Origin: a virus
Lineage: Duplodnaviria > Caudoviricetes
IMG/VR virus record: IMGVR_UViG_3300021442_000250
Location: 24,031 to 88,030 of that record
DNA: 64,000 nt
Strand: one strand, 5' to 3'
A program made the position numbers and the translations under genes. The notes below the pieces were generated by a model. It saw only the letters and a program-made list of their open reading frames with translations. It did not search any database and was not told the origin of the DNA. Shown here piece after piece: positions 51,234 through 60,828 of the stretch (position 1 is the first letter of the stretch; each line of letters starts with the position of its first letter).

Positions 51234-51241
51234 AATAAATA
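51234..51241 (+). promoter_or_regulatory. Late promoter at start of the glyco island
   Basis: AATAAATA 13 nt before ATG 51255; a second copy at 57294-57301. Confidence 0.6.
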
Positions 51242-51254
51242 TTACAAAATAACC

Positions 51255-52103
51255 ATGACTGAATTCAAATTGCCAAAATTGGAAGGTGACAAATCATCCG
51301 GATCACATATAATTTATTATAGTTGTGACCCTAATTATTGGAATGATTACGGAATATACTTGGCTAAAAGCACTACATTTTACAACCCCGATGTGTATTT
51401 GCACATACATATTTTATTCAATAACAAAGTTGAACATATTAATAAACTTAACGATCCAAAAATATCTTATTCTTACGAACTTGTAACTGATAAATTTTTA
51501 AATTCATTAAAGTTAACTAGCAACACATATTATAGAACAAGAAGTTATGATTTACTACATACAAAAGATGAAAAAATAGTTAAACAAAAAATATATTTTG
51601 CTAGTATAAGATTTATTAGAATAAAAGAACTTTTTAAAAATAGCCAACACGTATTACAACTAGATGCTGATGGACTTTGTCGCAAAAAATTTAATTTAAC
51701 AGACTTTGAAAAAATTACAAAATTGCCATCAGCAATGAGAAAACCAAAAGATCCTAATACATTAATTGCAAGTTGTATAACACCTGGTACAGGAATAGAA
51801 AGTTCTAAATTTAAAACTAATTTAGCTGTACAAATGACTACGGCTTTTGCTGGAGAAATTTATTGGTTCATAGATCAAGTTATATTAAAAAAAGTTTTTA
51901 GTAAATTTAAATTTGAATCTATTCCTTATCATTGGAATGCTTGGGGTTTTAAACCGGCAGATATATTCAGTACAGCAAAAGGTAAAAAGAAAAACAATTG
52001 GAGATACCTGGATGTAAGAGCAAATTGGTTAGATAAAAAAGCACGAAAAGAATATATTTTAAATTGTACAGAAGGTAGAAAGAGAAACTTACTTAACAAA
52101 TGA
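51255..52103 (+). CDS. GT-A fold glycosyltransferase-like protein
   Basis: Y.ASIRF, LQLDADG (DxD), YWFIDQ..L. Confidence 0.6.
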   Translation: MTEFKLPKLEGDKSSGSHIIYYSCDPNYWNDYGIYLAKSTTFYNPDVYLHIHILFNNKVEHINKLNDPKISYSYELVTDKFLNSLKLTSNTYYRTRSYDLLHTKDEKIVKQKIYFASIRFIRIKELFKNSQHVLQLDADGLCRKKFNLTDFEKITKLPSAMRKPKDPNTLIASCITPGTGIESSKFKTNLAVQMTTAFAGEIYWFIDQVILKKVFSKFKFESIPYHWNAWGFKPADIFSTAKGKKKNNWRYLDVRANWLDKKARKEYILNCTEGRKRNLLNK

Positions 52104-52675
52104 GAACGCAAGGTTACATAATTTATTTGCCACATCATAAAAATAGTGTCCTATGGAGTGATGAAGCATTAAAATCTGGAAAAAAATATAATTGGAATTT
52201 ACAATTATTTCCTGGCGTTGATGGCAAAAAAGAAACTCTTAAAGATTATGGTTTAACAATATATCAAAAAAATAAAAAATGTAAAAGATATATGTCTAGA
52301 CCAGGCACAGCCGGTTGCTTTTTAAGTCAATGGCAGTTATGGAATATGTGTTATAATACTAATAAAACTATAGCAATATATGAGCATGATGTAATTTTTA
52401 AAAAGCCAATGGAGCAACAATATAAATTTAATGATGTAATTAAATTAGAAGGATTTAATAAAGCTAAACCAGTTGCTGGACAGTGGTGGGAAGGTGCAAG
52501 AGCATATCTAATTAAACCAAAAGGTGCTAAAAAAATAATTGATTGGGTTACACTTAATGGTGCTATGCCGGCAGATTGGATGTTAAATGATGGTATAGTA
52601 GATGTTAAATTTGACGTAAACAAAGCAGTAACATATAAACAAAGAGCATTTAGCTTTACAAAGGATTTAAAATGA
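52100..52675 (+). CDS. Glycosyltransferase family 25-like
   Basis: FPGVDG, GCFLSQWQLW, IYEHD, GARAYLIKP.GAKK, PAD. Confidence 0.75.
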   Translation: MRTQGYIIYLPHHKNSVLWSDEALKSGKKYNWNLQLFPGVDGKKETLKDYGLTIYQKNKKCKRYMSRPGTAGCFLSQWQLWNMCYNTNKTIAIYEHDVIFKKPMEQQYKFNDVIKLEGFNKAKPVAGQWWEGARAYLIKPKGAKKIIDWVTLNGAMPADWMLNDGIVDVKFDVNKAVTYKQRAFSFTKDLK

Positions 52676-53451
52676 AACAACTAATATTTCAAGTTGCTGT
52701 TGGTAAACAAAATATATTATATGAAATTTGTATTAAAAGTGTAGCAAAGTATTGTAAAAAATTTAATATAGATCATATTGTATTAAGAGAACCTAAATTA
52801 AAAATTAGACCAGATTTAAATAGAACAGGACGCAGTAAAGAAGCAGTTGAAAGATTAGGATACCTTCCTATATTTGAAAAAGAAAATGCATTTGAATATT
52901 TAAAACCTTATGATCAAGTATGCATTGTGGATAGTGACATATACATTAAAGATACTGCACCTAATGTATTTGACGAACTACCGCAACAATATGATTTTGG
53001 TGGTTGTGTTGAAAGAGAAATGCCTTTAACTAAAAAATATTTTAACAAAATAAGAAAATATTCTAAAAATGCTTTTCAAAATTTGACAGATGTTGAGTGG
53101 GAGTGGACCGATAATGGAGCAAAATTTATTAATATGGGTTTAATGTTAATGAACAAAAGTATGTTAAAATACCTAAATAATGAAACGCCAAAACAATTTT
53201 TAACACGCCCAGAGTTTAAAGATTTTGTTGATGGAGTAGGTTTTTACAAATGGTCAACGGATCAAATGTTATTAAATTGGTGGGTTAAAAAATCTCAAAT
53301 GAATACTAAATTTTTAGATTGGAAATGGAATGCTTTATATACAGCAGTACACGATCATAAATTAAAAGAAGCATACTTTGTACATTTCTTTTTAAAAGAT
53401 TTATTACCTAATAAAGGAAACGAGATAGAAAGATTATTAAAATTAATATGA
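52672..53451 (+). CDS. Glycosyltransferase (GT8/GT34-like, GT-A)
   Basis: IVDSDIYI (DxD), INMGLML, DQMLLN, KWNAL, FVHFF. Confidence 0.7.
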   Translation: MKQLIFQVAVGKQNILYEICIKSVAKYCKKFNIDHIVLREPKLKIRPDLNRTGRSKEAVERLGYLPIFEKENAFEYLKPYDQVCIVDSDIYIKDTAPNVFDELPQQYDFGGCVEREMPLTKKYFNKIRKYSKNAFQNLTDVEWEWTDNGAKFINMGLMLMNKSMLKYLNNETPKQFLTRPEFKDFVDGVGFYKWSTDQMLLNWWVKKSQMNTKFLDWKWNALYTAVHDHKLKEAYFVHFFLKDLLPNKGNEIERLLKLI

Positions 53452-54227
53452 TACACATAGTAAACAGAATAATGAGTACTAGAATTCCTAACCTACGTTA
53501 TACAATGCCAGGGTTTGGAGATGCAATACATACAATTCTTTTAGCTCACTTGTATGGTAAAGCACATAACGATCAAGTTACAATGCATTTAGACAAAGAC
53601 AAATATAATAAAGATAAACCAGGAACTCTGGCTCAATGTATTTCTTTGTTTCCTAAAAATACAATTTTTGTAGAAGGACACGATAAGTGGTTTAAAGGAG
53701 ATATAGAGTTTGTAGATTATATTACAAAGTTAAAAGGAAAATGTATTGGACACTATTATAAAGATTTTCCTAATAGTCATAGAGTACAAAAAGTTGTTGA
53801 ACCTTTCTTTTGGGCTGATGACTATCTTAATAATGGCTATCCGTGTTTGTCAGCAGAAGATATGAGTCACGAAATAAAGTTACCTAAAAAGTTTATAACT
53901 GTTCAATGGGACGCAGGTTCTAAAAATAGAAAATTATCAGGAGAACAAATTAATGAAATACACAATTCTTTTAAAAATAAAGGGTGTGAAATTGTTGTAG
54001 TAGGTGGAGAAGCTCAAGGAAAATTAAGAAGATCATTAAAACATATAGGGTACGCAATGTCAAAAGCAGATTATCATGTAGGTGTAGATAGTGGTTATAT
54101 GCATTTAGCTCAGCTATATTTTAAACCAGAAAACATCTACATATATACTAATAAAAAAGGAAAATGGGAACATCATTTATTAAGATTTCATAAAAACGGT
54201 TCCAAAGTTAACGAAAAATTTGTATGA
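53448..54227 (+). CDS. GT-B (GT9-like) glycosyltransferase
   Basis: GFGDAIH and HVGVDSGYMHLA motifs. Confidence 0.6.
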   Translation: MIHIVNRIMSTRIPNLRYTMPGFGDAIHTILLAHLYGKAHNDQVTMHLDKDKYNKDKPGTLAQCISLFPKNTIFVEGHDKWFKGDIEFVDYITKLKGKCIGHYYKDFPNSHRVQKVVEPFFWADDYLNNGYPCLSAEDMSHEIKLPKKFITVQWDAGSKNRKLSGEQINEIHNSFKNKGCEIVVVGGEAQGKLRRSLKHIGYAMSKADYHVGVDSGYMHLAQLYFKPENIYIYTNKKGKWEHHLLRFHKNGSKVNEKFV

Positions 54228-54724
54228 GTATAGACACAATAAATCATAATGGTAATTCTTTTTATAGATTACAAGCCGAAGGTTTTGCTTCACAATTTGC
54301 ATTTTCATTTGCAAAAAAACTTTGTAAAGGTGAAGGATTAGACATTGGTTGTCATAAAAAAGAATGGGCTTTACCTGGAGCTACACCTATAGATAAAATA
54401 TTTGAAGACGAATGGTATGCAGAAAATCTTCCAAACAAAAAATATGATTATATTTTTTCTTCACATTGTTTAGAACATTTAGACGATTGGGTAGGAGCAT
54501 TAGATTATTGGACTGAACATTTAAAAGTTGGTGGAGTTATGTTTTTATATTTGCCTCATTATGAACAAACATATTGGCGACCATGGAATAATAGAAAACA
54601 TATTCATATACTAGAGCCTAAATATTTAAGAGACTATTTCAAAGCAAGACCTTTTCATAACATATGTGTAACTGATGGATACGATTTAAATTATTCTTTT
54701 TACGCTGTAGCGGAGAAAAAGTAA
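54224..54724 (+). CDS. SAM-dependent methyltransferase (type 11-like)
   Basis: GLDIGC, YDYIFSSHCLEH, LKVGG..FLYLP. Confidence 0.8.
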   Translation: MSIDTINHNGNSFYRLQAEGFASQFAFSFAKKLCKGEGLDIGCHKKEWALPGATPIDKIFEDEWYAENLPNKKYDYIFSSHCLEHLDDWVGALDYWTEHLKVGGVMFLYLPHYEQTYWRPWNNRKHIHILEPKYLRDYFKARPFHNICVTDGYDLNYSFYAVAEKK

Positions 54725-55296
54725 TGATGTTTGGTAGAAATCCAGGTACAGATAAAACCTGGATGAGAATTCCTAAAGATAGCATTGGTGCAGAATTAGG
54801 TGTATGGCGTGGAGATAGTTCTGCAAAGTTTCTAAACAATGCAAAACACATACATTTAGTAGATAGTTGGAGTACTATTACATATGAAAACTCAGATGAA
54901 TTTGGTAATTATCAAGCCTATCTTGATAGGTATTCTGTACTTGTAAAGTCTAATAATCCAGAAGATTTTCAAAAATACTATGACAAAATTTATAATAGTG
55001 TTGTAGAAAGATTTAAAAATAGTCCTGTAACAATTTATCGTATGTCAACTAAAGAATGGTTTGAAAGTTTTAAAGAAAAATTAGATTGGATATATGTAGA
55101 TGCTAGTCATAGCTTTGAAGGATGTTATTATGATTTAATAAATGCTGTAAAATTTATTAAGCCAGGTGGACTTTTATTTGGGGATGATTATGGAGATAAA
55201 AAACCTAATGTAAAGAAAGCTGTAGACAAATTTATTGCAGAAACATCTTATGAATTTAACAATTTTCATTTAGATCAATTTGAGGTTAAGATATAA
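54724..55296 (+). CDS. Class I SAM methyltransferase (Methyltransf_24-like)
   Basis: GAELGVWRG, LVDSW, LDWIYVDASH, KPGG...GDDY. Confidence 0.8.
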   Translation: MMFGRNPGTDKTWMRIPKDSIGAELGVWRGDSSAKFLNNAKHIHLVDSWSTITYENSDEFGNYQAYLDRYSVLVKSNNPEDFQKYYDKIYNSVVERFKNSPVTIYRMSTKEWFESFKEKLDWIYVDASHSFEGCYYDLINAVKFIKPGGLLFGDDYGDKKPNVKKAVDKFIAETSYEFNNFHLDQFEVKI

Positions 55297-55865
55297 TGCA
55301 CCCTACTTCAATGGAAAATATGCGTCTAGCAAAGACAAAAATACCTGATCTAGGAAACAAAATAACAATAGTAGATGTAGGTGGAAGAGGAACAAAACAA
55401 ATACCTGTTAGATCTTATCAAAAAGTTTTTAAAGACATATACAAACATTATTACGTTGCCGATATAAATGAAGGTCCAGGGGTTACTCATGTTATGCCAG
55501 CACCATACAAATTGCCATTTAAAAACGATTCAATTGATTTAATAGTATCTGGACAAACATTAGAGCACGTAAGAAATCCTTTTAAAATGGTAGCTGAAAT
55601 GAAAAGAATTTTAAAACCAAACAAATATATGATATTAATAGCACCTAGCACAGGACCTAATCATGATGATATAGATTGTTGGCGTTTCATGGCTAACAGT
55701 TTTGAATCAATAGCTCAGGAGTGTGATATTAAATTTATTGAATCTTGGATAACAAATGATGCTGTTTGTGATAAAAAAAGTTATAGATTTTCTAGTAGAC
55801 GACATATTTGGTCAGATCATACATTCATAGGACAAAAATATAGAAAGTATCAAATGGGAAAATAA
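55296..55865 (+). CDS. SAM-dependent methyltransferase (type 11-like)
   Basis: VDVGG, DLIVSGQTLEH, RILKP, DCWRF. Confidence 0.8.
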   Translation: MHPTSMENMRLAKTKIPDLGNKITIVDVGGRGTKQIPVRSYQKVFKDIYKHYYVADINEGPGVTHVMPAPYKLPFKNDSIDLIVSGQTLEHVRNPFKMVAEMKRILKPNKYMILIAPSTGPNHDDIDCWRFMANSFESIAQECDIKFIESWITNDAVCDKKSYRFSSRRHIWSDHTFIGQKYRKYQMGK

Positions 55866-56563
55866 TGGTAATGACAAACAAAGATGCGGCGGAATGGCAA
55901 AAACAATTAGACAATTTACAAACGTCTACTTTAAAAGAAGTGTTTTTAAAACATAAATGCACTAAAGGTATATTAAGTTATGATGAAATTTATGACGCTG
56001 ACTTTAAAAAATTAAGAAATAAACCAATTAATATATTAGAAATAGGTGTAGATCGCGGACGAAGTATAGCTGTCTGGTTAGATTATTTTCCTAATGCTAA
56101 AATTTATGCTATAGATATTTTTGTAAGAAAGCATGAATCTCATATTGAATCTCTTCAAGACAACAGAGTACAATATTTAAAAATAGACAGCACTGATCCA
56201 GATGTATACAATCAAGTTGCACAATGGAAAACTAAATTTGATATTGTAATAGATGATGGTAAACATACTCCTGAAGCAAATGCATTAACATTTAAAAACA
56301 TTATTCCTTTTTTAAAACCAAATGGCATATATTATATAGAAGATATTTTTCCTATAGACCAAGTAACTAGACCCGAACTTAAAAATTTAGGATTTGGTAT
56401 TAAAAAATTCTTGAAGAGGCATTTTCGAAAAACCAATAATGAATTTACACAAGACAAATGGAAAATATTTACTAATGCTCTTAAAGGATATAAAATTGAA
56501 AAATTTGATCATAGAAAAAAAAGCAATGTATTAAACAGTTACATTTACAAAATTACAAAATGA
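55865..56563 (+). CDS. Sugar O-methyltransferase-like (MycE/ElmM type)
   Basis: ILEIGV..G.S...W..YFPNA.I.AID, FDIVIDDG.H, LKPNG.YYIED. Confidence 0.75.
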   Translation: MVMTNKDAAEWQKQLDNLQTSTLKEVFLKHKCTKGILSYDEIYDADFKKLRNKPINILEIGVDRGRSIAVWLDYFPNAKIYAIDIFVRKHESHIESLQDNRVQYLKIDSTDPDVYNQVAQWKTKFDIVIDDGKHTPEANALTFKNIIPFLKPNGIYYIEDIFPIDQVTRPELKNLGFGIKKFLKRHFRKTNNEFTQDKWKIFTNALKGYKIEKFDHRKKSNVLNSYIYKITK

Positions 56564-57285
56564 AAGCATTTATAATAACAATATTAGATACTGAAACGCC
56601 ACTAGAATATAATAAGCATATATCAGCACCAGTGGCTACGCCACAAAATGAAAATAGTATTGCTTACAGTAATAATGTTATTAAATCTATTAAAGAAACA
56701 AATTCTGATTTAGAACCTATTCTTTATCCAGCTGTTACTCCTGCTACAATGTGGAACATTAATTGGACATGGCCCTGGCATAAAAAAAGAATTTGTGAAA
56801 AAACAAAATTATTATTAAAACCTTATAAAACATATGATATCAATAAAAGAATTGCCGCGGCAGGTAGCCATTATAACTTATGGAAAAAATGTGTAGAATT
56901 AAATGAACCAATAGTAATTTGTGAACATGATGCATACTTTACTAGAAAATTTACACCTTTTGATTTTGAAGGAGGTTGTTTAGGATTAAATGATCCTACA
57001 AATGCTACACCAAAAGCAGAACTTTTTCATGACACATTAAAAAATTTAGGTGAAGGAGTACACGATGCACCTTGGGTAATGAAAAAAGAAATACCACAAG
57101 GAATGGCAGGCAATAGTGCGTTTGTCATAAAGCCATGGGCCGCAAAAGAAATAATTAAAGCACAAGACGAAATTGGTTGGTGGCCTAATGATGCCATAAC
57201 TTGTAAACAACTTTTTCCATGGATTAAAGTTGTATATCCATACTATTCTAAAGTACAAAACATCAAATCAACTACGTCATTATAA
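56560..57285 (+). CDS. Glycosyltransferase family 25-like with foreign in-frame insert near the N-terminus
   Basis: SHYNLWKKC, ICEHDA, GNSAFVIKP.AAK, WPND. Confidence 0.7.
   Translation: MKAFIITILDTETPLEYNKHISAPVATPQNENSIAYSNNVIKSIKETNSDLEPILYPAVTPATMWNINWTWPWHKKRICEKTKLLLKPYKTYDINKRIAAAGSHYNLWKKCVELNEPIVICEHDAYFTRKFTPFDFEGGCLGLNDPTNATPKAELFHDTLKNLGEGVHDAPWVMKKEIPQGMAGNSAFVIKPWAAKEIIKAQDEIGWWPNDAITCKQLFPWIKVVYPYYSKVQNIKSTTSL
56590..56650 (+). repeat. 61-nt dispersed repeat, copy 2 (inside GT25-like gene)
   Basis: 57/61 identical to 18356-18416; final 28 nt identical. Confidence 0.95.
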
Positions 57286-57312
57286 AACTGGGCAATAAAT
57301 ATTGGTAGTACA

Positions 57313-58029
57313 ATGAAAATATTAATAACAGGTAATAAAGGTTTTATAGGTTCAGAACTTTCTAAAAGACTAGAAGAAAAAAATCATAAAATTTTTGGTA
57401 TAGACATTAAAGACGGAAAAAATATATTTACGGCAGAATTGCCAGAAGTAGAGTTAGTAATTCATTTAGCCGCTATAGGAGGAGTACGTGAATCAATGTC
57501 TGATCCTAAAAGATATTGGGATATGAATGTTGAAGGAACTAGAAAAATTTTAGAACATTATCAAAAAACAAGAGTGCTATATGCAGGTTCTAGTTCGCAA
57601 TATGAACCACATTTAAATCCTTATGCCGCTACAAAAAATGTAATAGAATACATACCTCATCCTAATTCAGTGTGTATGAGATTTCATACAGTTTATTCTA
57701 AAACACCAAGATTTAATATGTTCTTTGACAAATTATTAAATGGAAAATTAGAATATGTTACTAATCATAAAAGGGATTTTATTCATGTAGAAGATTTGTG
57801 TAGTGCAATATTATGTATTATAGACAATCCATTTTTTAAAGGATCACTTGATATAGGTACTGGACAAAATATTAGAATAAAAGATATAGCACCTAATTTA
57901 CCTGTAAGAGATATAACGCTGGGAGAACGAGAAGAAACTTTAGCTGACCTTACTAAAATAAAATCCTTAGGATGGGAACCTAAATGGACAGTACAAAAAT
58001 TTTTAAAAGAGGAGGGATTTGATTTATGA
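57313..58029 (+). CDS. NAD-dependent nucleotide-sugar epimerase/dehydratase
   Basis: ILITGNKGFIG, HLAA, GSSS, PYAATK, RDFIHVED. Confidence 0.85.
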   Translation: MKILITGNKGFIGSELSKRLEEKNHKIFGIDIKDGKNIFTAELPEVELVIHLAAIGGVRESMSDPKRYWDMNVEGTRKILEHYQKTRVLYAGSSSQYEPHLNPYAATKNVIEYIPHPNSVCMRFHTVYSKTPRFNMFFDKLLNGKLEYVTNHKRDFIHVEDLCSAILCIIDNPFFKGSLDIGTGQNIRIKDIAPNLPVRDITLGEREETLADLTKIKSLGWEPKWTVQKFLKEEGFDL

Positions 58030-58376
58030 AAGCAGGAAAAATATGGGGACAAACAGAATTAATACACGCCAATGGCGTATTAGAATTTCATAGAATAGAT
58101 TTTAAAAAAAATGGAGTTTGTTCTAAACATAGACACAAATATAAATGGAATGGCTTTTATGTTGTTTCAGGCAAAATGATTGTAAGGGTTTGGAAAGATG
58201 ATCAAGGTTTAGTAGATGAAACATTACTTAATGCTGGTGATTGGACAAGAATTAAACCTGGAGAATATCATCAATTCGAAGGTGTAGAAGACGGAATTGC
58301 ATTTGAATTATATTGGGCACAATTTGATCATAATGATATAGAAAGAGAAAACGCAGGATTTAAAAAGAATGATTAA
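58026..58376 (+). CDS. Cupin (sugar isomerase-like)
   Basis: GKIWGQT, CSKHRH, PGEYHQF, FELYW. Confidence 0.75.
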   Translation: MKAGKIWGQTELIHANGVLEFHRIDFKKNGVCSKHRHKYKWNGFYVVSGKMIVRVWKDDQGLVDETLLNAGDWTRIKPGEYHQFEGVEDGIAFELYWAQFDHNDIERENAGFKKND

Positions 58377-59046
58377 TATTTTTATAGGATATGATAACAA
58401 AGAAAAAGTAGCGTTCAATGTGCTATCATATAGTATATTAAAAAATAGTACCAGACCTGTTGCTATTACTCCTGTTAACTTACAAAATATAAAAGACAAT
58501 TTTACTAGGGAACGAAGTAATATAGAATCAACAGAATTTAGTTTTAGTAGATTTATTGTTCCACATTTAATGAATTATAAAGGTTGGGCATTGTTTATGG
58601 ACTGTGATCAATTAATGTTAACAGATGTAGCAGAATTATGGAGATTAAGAGATGAAAGATATGCTGTCCAAGTATGTAAACACGATTATATACCAAGAGC
58701 TGAACAAAAATTTTTAGGACAAGTACAAACAAAATATGAAAAGAAAAATTGGTCAAGTTTTATGTTAATGAATTGTGATAAATGTACAGCACTAACACCT
58801 GATTATGTTAATAGTGCAACAGGATTACAATTACATCAATTTAAATGGTTAGCAGATGAAAATCTAATAGGTGATTTACCTTTAGAATGGAATTGGTTAG
58901 TTGGAGAATATCCTCGTAAAGATGATGTTAAGAACGTTCATTTTACAGAAGGTGGACCTTGGTTTGTAGATTATTTGCAATGTGATTATGCAAATGAATG
59001 GCAACAATACTTTGATGAATCTAACAAAAGAAATTTAATAAAATAG
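58369..59046 (+). CDS. Glycosyltransferase (GT8-like)
   Basis: IFIGYD, STEFSFSRF, ALFMDCD, KKNWSS.ML, WNWLVG, HFTEGGPW. Confidence 0.8.
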   Translation: MINIFIGYDNKEKVAFNVLSYSILKNSTRPVAITPVNLQNIKDNFTRERSNIESTEFSFSRFIVPHLMNYKGWALFMDCDQLMLTDVAELWRLRDERYAVQVCKHDYIPRAEQKFLGQVQTKYEKKNWSSFMLMNCDKCTALTPDYVNSATGLQLHQFKWLADENLIGDLPLEWNWLVGEYPRKDDVKNVHFTEGGPWFVDYLQCDYANEWQQYFDESNKRNLIK

Positions 59047-59053
59047 GAATAAT

Positions 59054-59878
59054 ATGAATAAATGGTATGCAGTTGATCACAATGATGCTATCCTAAAAAA
59101 CTGGATGGCTGGGATTAAACAAGTTACAGGCTCACCAGACCCTAGTGAATATGACCATTGGGATAATATTAAAACAACACCTTTAGTTAATTCTATATCT
59201 ATCAGGGGAATGACTAATCATAAAATTATTAATGAATGTTGGAGGACTGGTAGAAGTTTTTATTACGTTGATACAGGATACATAGGTAATAATCAAAAAA
59301 GAAAAGAATGGCATAGAGTAATTCGTAATAATGTACAACATCAAAAAATAGTAGATGTTCCACCTAATAGACTATTTTCTTTACAATCTTCTCATCCAGA
59401 ACTTAAATGGAAAGGTTGGAGAACAGATGGTGAAGCAATATTACTTGTAACACCTAGTCCCAAACCTTGTAGATTTTATAATGTAGATCGAGACAAGTGG
59501 GTACAAGATACTATTGCAACATTACAAAAACATACTGATAGAAAAATTATTGTTAGAGATAAAGTAGAAAGACGTAAAAGAGTTGGTTCAGGTCATATAT
59601 TTTCTCAAATAAAAAATGACAACATTTTTGCTTTAGTCACTTATCAATCTATAGGAGCAATAGAAGGAATAATTGCTGGAGTTCCAGCATTTACAGGTGC
59701 ACCTACTGCCGCTGATCCAGTTAGCAATCATGATTTAACAAAAATAGAAAACCCTTGGTATCCAGATGAGGAACAAATTTGGAGATGGCAAAAATGGTTA
59801 GCATACTGTCAGTACACTTCGGGTGAATTATCAAATGGCAATGCATTAAAAATGTTACAAGAAATGGATTTACAATAA
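59054..59878 (+). CDS. Capsular-polysaccharide-type (KpsS/KpsC-like) GT-B protein
   Basis: YYVDTGY, IIVRDK, LVTYQS..AIEGII.GVP, LAYCQY...E. Confidence 0.55.
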   Translation: MNKWYAVDHNDAILKNWMAGIKQVTGSPDPSEYDHWDNIKTTPLVNSISIRGMTNHKIINECWRTGRSFYYVDTGYIGNNQKRKEWHRVIRNNVQHQKIVDVPPNRLFSLQSSHPELKWKGWRTDGEAILLVTPSPKPCRFYNVDRDKWVQDTIATLQKHTDRKIIVRDKVERRKRVGSGHIFSQIKNDNIFALVTYQSIGAIEGIIAGVPAFTGAPTAADPVSNHDLTKIENPWYPDEEQIWRWQKWLAYCQYTSGELSNGNALKMLQEMDLQ

Positions 59879-60828
59879 TGAAAAGAGTAGTTGCATATAT
59901 GAAAGTTATTCCGCCAGGAAACAAAAGTCCACAAAAGCCTTTAATTATAAAAAATTTTATAGAAGGTGTTAATGCAAGTGGAGATCAGGGTTTAGTTTCT
60001 AATGGTTGGTCAATCATAGACGCAGATGTATCTGTTATTCAAGGTTTTGTACATAAGGATTCAAAACAAACACGTCATTTACTTTTAAGAAAAAACGTTT
60101 ATGAAAATCAAATTAAAAAAGGAAATAGATGTTTAATCGTTGATAGTAGTTTATTTTTATGGGCTGATCCTAAACAAGAAAAAACATATTTAAGATATGG
60201 CTTTGATGGAATATTTCCTAATACAGCAGAATATTGTAACAAAGATCCTGATCCTAATAGATGGGAAATTATTAAAAAGAGTCTTAATGTAGACCTTAAG
60301 CCTTGGAGAACTACAAGTAGAGATGGCTTTATATTAATTTGTTGCCAAAGAGATGGTGGGTGGAGTATGGAAGGTATGCCTGTTATGAATTGGTTAAAAG
60401 ACGTCATGACTAAAATTAGAATGTATTCTGATAGACGTGTTAAAATTAGATTTCATCCTGGTGACAAAAATACTGCAAGACATCAAGCAATGATTAGAGA
60501 ATGGATAAAAGCACGAAACGTACAATTTCAAGGAGTAGAAGTTAGTTGGTCAAAAGATATTAGAGATGAATATGCTGGAGCATTTGCAGTTGTAGGACAT
60601 AACTCAAGTCCAACAGTGTCTAGTGTAATTGAAGGAATACCTACCTATATAACTGATCCTGTACGAGCTCAATCGGCTCCTGTAACACATCATTCATTTG
60701 CAGAAATAGAAAAACCTAGAGAGTTTGATAGAGAATTATGGGTTCGACAAATGGCACAAGTACATTGGACATTGGATGAATTAAAAGATGGTACTGCTTG
60801 GAAACATTTAAGGAAGTGGGTTAAATGA
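59878..60828 (+). CDS. KpsS/KpsC-like GT-B protein
   Basis: LKPWR, ILICCQ, IRFHPG, VVGHNSS...SVIEGIP, W..DE...G. Confidence 0.55.
   Translation: MKRVVAYMKVIPPGNKSPQKPLIIKNFIEGVNASGDQGLVSNGWSIIDADVSVIQGFVHKDSKQTRHLLLRKNVYENQIKKGNRCLIVDSSLFLWADPKQEKTYLRYGFDGIFPNTAEYCNKDPDPNRWEIIKKSLNVDLKPWRTTSRDGFILICCQRDGGWSMEGMPVMNWLKDVMTKIRMYSDRRVKIRFHPGDKNTARHQAMIREWIKARNVQFQGVEVSWSKDIRDEYAGAFAVVGHNSSPTVSSVIEGIPTYITDPVRAQSAPVTHHSFAEIEKPREFDRELWVRQMAQVHWTLDELKDGTAWKHLRKWVK

Noticed and set aside
54224-56563. DNA methyltransferases
   Set aside because: No DPPY/NPPY or PC catalytic motifs; they resemble sugar or small-molecule methyltransferases in a glycosyltransferase context
18356-56650. Diversity-generating retroelement TR/VR pair as explanation for the 61-nt repeat
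   Set aside because: Mismatches (A/G, T/C, T/A, G/A) are not adenine-specific on either strand, both copies are mid-gene, and no reverse transcriptase is visible
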